Assembly: GCA_045837725.1 (NCBI GenBank)
Contig: JBEWZL010000079.1
Location: 60,352 to 80,351, forward strand
DNA: 20,000 bases
From: Vermamoeba vermiformis
Lineage: Eukaryota
Reading direction: 5' to 3'
The translations under genes and the position numbers were made by a program. Shown piece by piece: positions 11,194 through 20,000 of the stretch. Position 1 is the stretch's first letter; each line of letters starts with the position of its first letter. Under the pieces are notes generated by a model, which was not told where the DNA came from, made no database searches, and was given only the letters and a program-made list of their open reading frames with translations.

Positions 11194-13156
11194 TTAATCG
11201 GATTTGGCGTGGCCGTTAACTGATCCATTGCTCTCTTCTTTCAGCAGCAGTTTTGAAGCTTTCAAAGCATCTCTTATTAACAACTCGATGTGCTTAAGAG
11301 ACCTTAAATGCAAGCCGTCCTTTCTCTTCTCTGCGTACCGCTCCACATCCCGTATGCCCATGTGTTCGTACTTGGATGTGACGCAAAACACGAAGAAATC
11401 GAGCAAACTGAATTGCATCTCGTGCAATAGTTGGTCTAGAGTGTAGTCCGTCGATACTCCGAATTCTATAAGCGAGTTGTAGTAGTAGCGGATGAGCTCG
11501 TTGCGAATCTCTTCGGACTGCAGATCCTCGATGCGCATGCTTGTATATAAGTAGTACATCACATCAGTTGAGTTGAGGCCACCACCCATCCACTGCCAAT
11601 CTATATTTAACCGTTAGTACCGGATCGCGCATCCGAAATCTGGACGTACCGATAGTATTTACAAAATGGGTGCGGTTGTGTATAAACAAGTTTGATATCT
11701 TATAATCGCCGTGCACTAGAGTCCTAGTCTTGTTACTCGTGGACTGTACGATGAGCGGCAAGTTATTTTGAAGCAGATCGCCTAACTTATAGAGCTCAGC
11801 TTGGTCAACGTTGTTCAAGCTCAAATGCTCGCGGAAACTTCTTAGTGTCTTAGACCAAGACGTGGCTATGGACCGCTTCTCTCTCGCGCCTTCTTTGTCG
11901 CCGATCCAATAGCCACCACGATTCCATAGTTTCATCGTTGCCAGTTCTTTGCTTTCCCAAAAAGTTGCGTGCAGTTTGGCTAAATTACGCAGAAGTATCT
12001 TGCTATGCTATAATTAAGAGCATTAGTACGCACGTAACAATTAGAATATTTTTCAAGTTCGAATCCGATCCGAATTTGACGTACCTCCGCTGAAAACCCA
12101 TCAGGCTCGCCTCGTTCTTGATTAGGCGATACATCTTCTAATACAATTACGAAGCGCAAGTTGTAGTAGTCCTCAAATACAAAGAACGGCTTGGGTGTAT
12201 TGATCGGAATGGTATGAAATGCGTATTGCTTGTAAAAATTCGTTTCTGTTTCATATGACTTGGCATTGATAGTCTGTATATAATAACATTATTAGCACAA
12301 ATCAAAACAAATACGCAACATCACTAAAAATTTTGCTAATTTTCGGATCCACGACAGCAATCACAAACATGAAATTATAATCGTATCCTTATGATTATAT
12401 TACTGAAAACCTACCATTTTGTCGTTGACAAAGCCCAATTCTTTCTTTAATAAGCACATGAACTTGCCCCAAAGCGACATACTGACGGATGTGATCTTGA
12501 TGACAAGAGACTTGGGACACTTCGGCAACACTAGTGAAGGTGGACTTTCGTCGTTAATATCAATAGCATTCGCGGAACTACGAAGCTCTGGATCGAGTTC
12601 TACGTCCGGATCGAACGGCTCGGTCACTGGTTGCTTATGGCCGCCCATTCTCTGCACGATCTTTTTGTACTCGATATTGGCGCGGTATACTTTTGAATGT
12701 ACACCACCCTGTATAATAATGTTAATAAGAATTAAAAGAAGATAAAGATATGTTTGTAGTACGGAGGTACCAAAAAATAACTAAAATAATTCTAATAAAT
12801 GCAATGAACATATCCACGCTATAAACGTATTATGTGTGCTACTTGGAGCCGTAGAAAATATTAAATAGTGAAAATAAAACTAAAAATTTTTTTTGATAAT
12901 TCAGTTTAAATTATCGAAGCGGCATGAAAGCCCAAAATTACATTATAATAATTCCGATATTAATGTTCATGCTTACCTCCAATTGATCAAGTGACAAGTG
13001 CTCGACAAATACGTCTTTTGGGATGAGATCTTTTGTTATTAAAATGTCGGTGAGCCACTTTGTAGTAACATCATCGGGACCAGTTGGCACATTTTGTTTA
13101 TGTGGTTTAATTCGGGCTAATGCAAAATTAATGATCAGGGATATTATTTTCAGCAT
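11194..13156 (-). CDS. Ecdysteroid-kinase-like (EcKL) / choline-aminoglycoside kinase-like phosphotransferase, 5 coding exons
   Basis: Spliced motifs: SLVIKI, YETETNFYKQY, FVIVLEDV, LAKLHATFWES, Brenner-type TLVHGDYKISNLF and IDWQWMGGGLNSTDVMYYL. Start codon uncertain (see findings). Confidence 0.85.
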
Positions 13157-13851
13157 CTTGAGTGCTCATCTCGAGTAAAGCTTGTATCCGCTGTAGATCT
13201 TCGACCATTAAATATAAGTCTTTCGCTGGATCGTTGCAACGATGCCGGTTATGCAAACAATAATGAACAACGAAGGAAATTACCCGTAGAATTTCATTTT
13301 CGATTTTTTTTGTCCGAGACTTTCATACCCAATCTGTTCAGGGCACCAACACAAACGCGCTCTGGAATTCTACTTGGCTATATTTATACGAAGACACGTG
13401 CCTCGATCATGAACGGATTGGTTAATTCTTAATTCGCAACGGTAAAAGCCATCTAAGCACATCGAGTTTTCAGATGGCGTTTACTCGCTTAGCTCTCGTG
13501 CGTTTTGTGTCAGAACGATACTACAGTATGTCCATACCTTCTACTATATATTTAGTATTTTTTTAGAATTATTCGATCCCCTAAGCAAATTTTTTCGAGT
13601 TAGCCGTTACAAGCTTTGTAAATCTGGTTTGGGCTCCCAAGATTTTGCGAGTAAACAATAGAAATCGGCTCCAATATGCACCTTTCCCCCGAAAATCTAG
13701 TTTTGGAGTATTGTTAGTGAATTCCGTCAATTTTTGCTAATGGTATTTGTGCGCGCATCCAACACGGCCGAAAAACAAAAAACACTTAAAAATTCGCTTG
13801 TCACTTCACATTCAGTCCAAACACTAACAACAACAGAAATCAATACAAATA

Positions 13852-15006
13852 ATGTTTCGCAGAAGAGTAGCCGTTCGCCCAGGTGTTCGAGGACCCGTCG
13901 TGCGTGTTCGTCGCCCTGTCAGGTACCTCCACTTAGATCCGCTTTGATCAAAACTAATATCCGTATAATAGAGTCGTAGTATCACCCTTTAGAGTTCGCC
14001 CGTTTCTCATGACTCGTGCAATCGTCAGAAGTGTTGCTGTGGTGACGCTGACTGCTGTCACGGTCAATGAATTAAACAACATGGCTATATGCAAGGGCAA
14101 GAAAGGAGAGTTTAGAGAGATGCGAGACACTGTAAGTCTTCATATTTAAGCGCTATTTGAACAAGACTATGGTCGTGTCGCTACGCGATCCATTTTTATT
14201 TTCTATTTTTGGAGCGTTTACTGATTTCTGATCTTATCGATAACTAGGACCACCCACCTTGCAAGGTGCATACCATCAAGGATTTGGACTCGTTGATTGA
14301 GTTCCAGTTGAAGGACTCGAAGGGCGCATCTGCTACTGTCTACAGCAATAGTGTAAGTAGCTTCAAACACGTGCAGTCTTAAGTATAGGAAAAATATATA
14401 TCCTCTACTAAGGGCAACAAGGCTTATAAAGATCGCAGTCCTAGAAGACATACGGCAAATCTGCGACAAAATTCGTGGCTTTAAGACTTTTCATTCTTGC
14501 GATAACCACTCCTAATCCACTTGACAATTTTATCATTCTAACATGCTGTTTAATAGTATTGCACGACATGCGGTCAATATTTCTTCTTGACTAAGCAAGA
14601 TATCAACAAGCCGATCGAGTACCAAATGACCACCACGACAACCACTGTGCACCCTACTGCAGTGCCTGTTCAACCAGCGATGCAACCACAACAACAAGCC
14701 CAGGGCTATATGCCACAGCAACAACAATTCGGAGCACTTCCGCCTCAACAATATACGCAACAAGTGGTGCCTCAACCGCAATACGGTTATCCTCCCAATA
14801 TGGCCGCAATGCCGTATCAAGGCATGCCACAACAGCAACCGCAAGGCACGCCTTATTCTCAACAGCAGCCGCAAGGCATGCCTTATTCTCAACAGCCCAA
14901 TCAACAGTTTGTTCCGGGCACGCAAGGCCAGCCCAATCCGTACATGCAATCTGGTCCTTACCAACAGCAACAACAGTACCAAGTGCATACCACTCACCAG
15001 TCTTAA
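13852..15006 (+). CDS. 261-aa protein: Arg/Val-rich N-terminus, unrecognised CxxH...CxxC domain, P/Q/G/Y-rich tail; paralogue of the next gene
   Basis: Exons 13852-13922, 13972-14131, 14248-14352 and 14557-15006 splice in frame (786 nt) with canonical GT-AG. The translation includes KGKKGEFREMRDTDHPPCKVH...YSNSYCTTCGQYFFLTKQDINKPIEYQ. Confidence 0.85.
14830..14896 (+). repeat. 30-nt tandem duplication encoding QQQPQG(T/M)PYS x2
   Basis: CAACAGCAACCGCAAGGCACGCCTTATTCT / CAACAGCAGCCGCAAGGCATGCCTTATTCT / CAACAGC. Confidence 0.85.
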
Positions 15007-15286
15007 GTAGTCCAACTTGCATGATCCTATTCTCATGGACTTTTTAATGTTACGTTTTTTTTTCGGCTGGATCGTGTAATCCACTTTTTTCGACTTTTCG
15101 ATTGTAAATAATTGTAAATAATTTACATAAAAATTTAAGCAAATCAGCGGGATTACACTTACGCGTGTATCGAACAAGTACATAAAAAGCACGTGCGTGT
15201 CATTTTTTTTTGACAGTTCAGAAACTCGATCCAATTTTTTCGCAAATTCCTGCGATTGAATAAGAACACAACAGACGCGATCAACA

Positions 15287-18190
15287 ATGAGACGAGGCGG
15301 TGGAGGAGGATTTAAAGTGACGAAGACAGTCACCACTTCGAAGCCAACAGGTCGTGTTACAACTACGACCACAAAAACGGTGACGACATCCTCGCCTGGA
15401 ATCTTTTCAAGCCCAAGCGTAGTTGTTAAATCTCCAACTATAAGCCCTACAGTTAAATTGTCTTCATCGGGCGTCAAAGTAAAAGTTAAAACACCCGTTG
15501 GAAAAGTCAAAGTAAAGAAGACTTATGTTGTCAGAAGGTAAATATTCATGATTATTGTTGATATTTATGTATTTTAAAAATATTATTCTCGATACTAATT
15601 TTAAATAGAGTTACAGTTGCTCCGCCTAGACGCAGATTTTGCTTGGCGAGGGCTTTGGTATTTACCACCGCTGCTGTGGCTTTGACAACGGTTTCTTTAG
15701 CCGAAATGGATCGTGTTGTAATTATTAAAGGAAAAAAAGGCAATTTCCGGTGCGCCAGAGATACGGTAATATTTTGTGGATCAACGGTCCTGATCGAGAT
15801 CTGACACTTTGACCGAAGGATGCTCCCACCTGTGCCGTTCATAACATTAGAGAATTGGGACATTTGGTCGAAATAAGAGTCACGGATTCCATGGGTCAAA
15901 CTGGTTCATTTTACAGCGACAGCGTAAGATCCCAAAATGTACATTTTATCAAAACTAACACGTTCATTTTAGTACTGCGTGACATGTGGCCAATATTTCA
16001 TGCTCCGCAGAGAAGAAATCAATGTGCCGATCGAATATCAGATCCAGCAACAAACGACGGTTGTGCAAGGCATGCCTCCTGACGCAATGATGGGTGGTTC
16101 TCCTATGGGCCCTCAAGCTGTTCAACAAGTCGTCACCGTTCAACAACCACCATTGCCGACAATTAGACCTGCTTGGATTAAGGACCGTGATGCTCCAAAG
16201 TACGCTACTCGCAACACCTTATCAACATCCTTTTGTAGTCACTAATAATTTTACAGTTGCATGAGATGCCGATCAGAGTTCACAGTCACATTGCGAAGAC
16301 ATCACTGCAGAAATTGCGGCAAAATCTTTTGCACGGACGTAAGTCGAGTTTGACACGTGTCACAGATAATGTTGCTAATCCTTCGCTCAGTGCTGTTTCA
16401 AGAAGATAAAATTGAAGCATTTGGGCTATGACAGCAAAGAGCTGACGTGTGTTGAGTGCCTTAGTTTCTTAGAGCAATACTGGCACAACCAACGAAACCC
16501 GCAAAAAGTCGTTGTTAACACGCCTGCCAATACGAATGTCAGCGTGCTGCCCAACCCTATGCAACAGCCTATGGGCCCACAACCGCAGTATGGTGCCTAT
16601 CCTCAACAATCCGGCGCTAACCAAGTGCCGTACTATCCGCCGAACAATGGAAGCGTGCTGCCGAACCCCTCAAATCAACAACCCATCAGTGCGCCACAAC
16701 CTCAATACGATCAATACAATAACAACAATCAAATGATGCAACAACAACAGCCATACCCACCGCAACAACAGCCGTTTGATCCGTCTGGACAACAGAAGGT
16801 CTATTACCCTTCACAATACAGTGCTCACGCTCCAATCAATCAACAACAAGCACCGCAACCCCAGCCTACTGCTCAATTCACTCAAATTTACAACAGCGAC
16901 CAGCCCGCTTATGACCCGTCACGACCTCAACAGTTCAGTGCGCACGCTCCTCCTCCAAACAACCAGACTTATACGCCCACTATTGTTCCGACACACAGCA
17001 CTCCTTCTGGTCCCAAGAAGAACCTAGACGAGTTGTTTTCATCAGTCAAAACGAACTTATCAAACGCGACGCATATGCACTCGCACTACAGACACACTGA
17101 AGCTGCTGAGGCACTTGAGAAGGCACGCACTGATTTGAACATGATGGACACTGCTCCGTTCAATCTCGTTGACAATGTCAGGTCCTTCATCAATGACATG
17201 CGTTACCAAATTGACGCCTTGGAGAAGAAGATTGCTGAGTCCATGACAACACGTGTCGTGGAGGACAAGGTCCGTGAGGCCAAGACTCATGGCACCACCG
17301 CCAAGGACATGCACTATCACAACAGATACCAAGAGGCCCTCGAAGCTGTCGCCAAGGCCCGTGAAGCCATTGCACAACTCTCGAACCCGCCTTACAGTAC
17401 TCATCCCTCCGTGTACAGCTTCCTTCCTGACTTCATTAATCAAATCAATGAGATTGAAGCCAAGTGCGGCGAGTCCTTGCAATCTCGCAAGATTGACGAG
17501 AAGATCCGTGAAGCCAGGAGTCTTGGTACAAAGGCCAAGGACATGCACTACCACAACAGATACGATGAATCCCTCGATGCTGTTGCCAAGGCCCGCGAGT
17601 GCATCGTCAACCTTCAATCAACTTACGGAGCCTTCAAGAGTGTCGTAGATTTCTTGCCTGACTTTGTGCGACAAATCAACGAAATTGAAGCTATGTGCGG
17701 TGAATCCTTGCAAGGCCGTAAGATTGACGAAAAGATCCGCGAGGCCAAGAGTCTTGGCACCAAGGCCAAGGACATGCACTTCCACTACAGATTCAACGAG
17801 TCACTTGAAGCTGTTGCCAAGGCCCGTGAATGCATTGTCAACCTTCAATCAACCTATGGTACCTTCAGGAGCGTCATTGAGTTCTTACCGGACTTTATCC
17901 GACAAATTGACGACATCGAAAGACAGTGCGGCGAATCCTTGATGAACAGAACTGTTGACGAGAAGATCCGCGAGGCCAAGTCACACGGTACTACTGCCAA
18001 AGACATGATCTATCACAACAGATACCAAGAAGCCCTCAACGCTGTTGCGAAGGCACGTGAAAGCATTCTGCAGCTCTCTGATATGCCGTTCATTAACTTC
18101 CCTGCCGTCACTTCTTTCTTGCCCGAGTTCATCACCCAGATCAACGGCTACGAACAAACTTGTGACGCTGCTTTGGGTCCCAAGTATTAA
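15287..18190 (+). CDS. 873-aa protein: K/T/V-rich N-terminus, the same CxxH...CxxC domain, FYVE zinc finger, P/Q/Y-rich linker and five 77-78-aa helical repeats
   Basis: Exons 15287-15537, 15609-15765, 15819-15923, 15973-16199, 16257-16338 and 16391-18190 give 2622 nt in frame. FYVE: WIKD...CMRC...[22 protein letters not shown]...TCVEC. Confidence 0.9.
17024..18187 (+). repeat. Five tandem coding repeats of 234/234/231/231/234 nt
   Basis: Units start at 17024, 17258, 17492, 17723 and 17954. Consensus (I/V)[25 protein letters not shown](A/S)LxAVAKARExIxxL...FLPDFIxQIxxIExxCGESL; the first unit is divergent. Confidence 0.95.
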
Positions 18191-18194
18191 ATCA

Positions 18195-18945
18195 TGTAGT
18201 TATAAATCAGTTTTTATTACTGCTCGAGCAGATTGAAATTTGTTCTCAAATCTTTTTCGTGCGCAGGCCAAGCAAACGAACATTATCGATCTGTAAGGCT
18301 AACGAAGTTCTAGGACCTAAAAAATGAAATCCTCAGCGAACAAATTAAACACCAAAATCAGTCCGCAGTGCACGGAGTGTTTGTCTTGGGGCAGGGAAAA
18401 CGCCAGTGCAGTGTCACGTCGCGCAACCACAATACGTAGGATAACCCAGCTAGAAGCACGAGTCCTCACAACAGAGCTATCAGTATGGGAGCGAGCATAC
18501 CAACGCACGGGCTGCGCGACGAGAGTTGTCAAATCCAGAATCCTGAACCACAACGCACTGCATAAAAGCAAATAGATTCGTTAAGGAGCGAAACCGCACA
18601 CGGATTTCGAGTATGGTTATACATACCAGTATCGGGTCAACGGGAAGCAGGGCTACTTCAACATCTGCAAGAAAATAAATTAGAAATTACTATTAACGTT
18701 AAAATTACAAATATTTACTAGGATACAAACGAATACACGCAAACAGAATATAATAATAATGTATTAATAATTAATTACAAATGTTTATTTCGTGGAAATT
18801 ATCAATCACGCTTTCACTTCACTTACGGGTATTTTCGCGTAAAGGAAGCAAAAATATAATTAAATATTATCTGCTTCAGTCACGTCATTTTGCTGTTGTA
18901 GTGTTTGTTGGGTTTCGAAAAACAATGAAAAAGGGTTAGGACCTA
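18195..18945 (-). ncRNA. Candidate spliced, structured non-coding (or recoded) transcript; boundaries approximate
   Basis: Canonical minus-strand introns 18665-18826 (GTAAGT...TTCTTGCAG) and 18558-18626 (GTATGT...CTTAAC...TTATGCAG). AATAAA at 18213-18218. No substantial ATG-initiated ORF in the spliced product. Several G-U-containing helices form on this strand. Confidence 0.45.
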
Positions 18946-18968
18946 CCACCTTTCAATCAGTGAATCGA

Positions 18969-20000
18969 TAGTCGTTCGACTTTCGGGTAAGGTAAATTTT
19001 ACCTTCTTTTTTATTTACCTACCTGAAAAGTCGGAAGGTAACCAAAACCAGGTTATATTTACCAAGGTAAATTGGTAAATTACCAGTGTGTAGCCTTCCT
19101 CTTACGGGCAATATGCTTGGGTGTTGAACCAATCCACAATGTTAAATCCATTGGGGCTCAAATTAATAATTAATAGTGGAGTCAATTTAATTAATAATTA
19201 CAATTCCAATTATCGGCGAAGCAACGTACGTTGCTTATCAAATACCCGTCAATTAGTAAACAACTCTTATTGAAGGTTTAATATTCCTGCAGGTCGAAAA
19301 GATCACGGCCAAGCTGAATACTAAATTTGTTGAGGCTTTACAAAATTGTTCGTTCCAATTGGCGGATTGGATTGCAAGATCAACTTGAGCAAGTAGCGCC
19401 TCGAATAAGAACTTGCTAGTGCGGTCAAAGAACAGGTTATTGTCCACAAAAAGATAATGCGAACAGAATTCGAGTTGCTGAAAAAGCTGATCGAGCGACT
19501 GAACCGCGAGGATTGCACAAATTGTAATACGATGAATAACTCCCCCACGTAAGTAATGTTTCAATAGGGCTAATTAATACTAACCGACACCACAGTGCTG
19601 TTCCCGAGGTTTCGATCGAGGAAATAAAATCGCTTCTCTAGAGAAGACCTCACTACAAGCTATCGGTTCCAAATACAAATAAATCGACAAATGCAATAGT
19701 CTAATAAATTCAAAATGGCTGAAATATTGAATATAGAGAGATTAATTGGAGAAGGGTCGCAACAGATTCAGCTTTCGAAGGCAATCCAGGACTTGTCACC
19801 TAAATAAAACCTTTTGATATACTTATCCAAGAAGCGTGGCCAATGTTACTTCTTTATAGTCAGCTTTACATCATAGATTGGCAATTGGAGGTAAATTTAC
19901 CTTAACCTAAGGGAAAGGTAAATTATCCGTTTCCTACCCGAAAAGTCGGTAGGAAAAAAAAAACCAGGTAAAATTTACCTTACCCAGAAGTCGAACGACT
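18969..20000. mobile_element. Non-autonomous DNA transposon (TIR element, ~1.03 kb); right end reaches the window edge
   Basis: 18970-19003 AGTCGTTCGACTTTCGGGTAAGGTAAATTTTACCT is the reverse complement of 19967-20000 with 2 mismatches. Both ends carry subterminal arrays of GGTAAATT(T)ACC-type palindromes and CCTACC(T/C)GAAAAGTCGG. No transposase is encoded. Confidence 0.8.
19200..19700 (+). pseudogene. Decayed, intron-containing gene fragment inside the TIR element
   Basis: Intron-like 19226-19292 (GTACGT...TTCCTGCAG) and 19549-19595 (GTAAGT...ACTAAC...CACAG). The exon has helical, coding-like pieces (VEKITAKLNTKFVEAL; ELASAVKEQVIVHKKIMRTEFELLKKLIERLNRED) broken by stops and frameshifts. Confidence 0.5.

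Noticed and set aside
14533-15510. 325-aa minus-strand ORF, plus other antisense or alternative-frame ORFs such as 17060-17617, 14654-15022 and 15552-15899
   Set aside because: Shadows of low-complexity or codon-biased plus-strand exons; the plus strand has the splice signals and recognisable domains.
17024-18187. Regularly spaced repeats as a CRISPR array or satellite
   Set aside because: Units are 231-234 nt, in frame, lack unique spacers and vary like coding sequence; they are protein repeats in a eukaryotic exon.
1-18190. Genome-wide UGA reassignment, since all seven protein genes end in TAA
   Set aside because: The Trp codons in the reconstructed genes are TGG and none needs an in-frame TGA; TAA preference is normal in AT-rich protists.
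18360-18420. Minus-strand GTGA...GGAC stem as a SECIS element
   Set aside because: Helix II is out of register with the GA quartet and the apical AA is missing.
18355-18436. Plus-strand hairpin (GCAGTGCACGG...CCAGTGCAGTGT) flanked by ANANNA and ACA, suggesting an H/ACA snoRNA
   Set aside because: No convincing 5' hairpin or pseudouridylation pocket, ACA spacing is off, and splice signals plus most G-U-containing helices favour the minus strand.
18311-18945. 9-bp direct repeat TAGGACCTA (18311-18319, 18937-18945) as a Mutator-type target-site duplication
   Set aside because: No terminal inverted repeats inside the pair; may be chance, or self-complementary pairing within the RNA candidate.
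19149-19162. CATTGGGGCTCA resembling the RNase MRP CR-V motif
   Set aside because: No complementary CR-I (GAAAGTCCCC) upstream; it lies inside a transposon.
19253-19564. 103-aa minus-strand ORF as a transposase
   Set aside because: No DDE or BED-finger motifs; splice signals indicate the relic is on the plus strand.

Overview
Eukaryotic, gene-dense DNA, probably from a protist (amoeba-like; organism not identifiable). Spliceosomal introns are short (mostly 41-70 nt, GT-AG, often with CTAAC/CTAAT-like branch sites), so the ORF track shows only exon fragments. Manual splicing gives seven protein genes: (1) the 3' end of a bacterial-looking beta-rich protein; (2) an 18-exon, ~990-1000 aa secreted, probably GPI-anchored PcRGLX/YetA (PL26)-like protein containing one GC-AG intron; (3) an F-box + ankyrin protein; (4) an ankyrin + TBC Rab-GAP protein; (5) an EcKL/choline-kinase-like phosphotransferase; (6, 7) two tandem paralogues sharing an unrecognised ~100-aa CxxH...CxxC domain with identical intron positions. 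The second paralogue is fused to a FYVE finger, a P/Q/Y-rich linker and five 77-78-aa helical (MIT-like) repeats. Downstream are a spliced, heavily base-paired minus-strand transcript with no normal ORF (structured ncRNA candidate) and a ~1-kb non-autonomous TIR element carrying a decayed intron-containing gene fragment. All family assignments come from motif recognition by eye; no searches were run.
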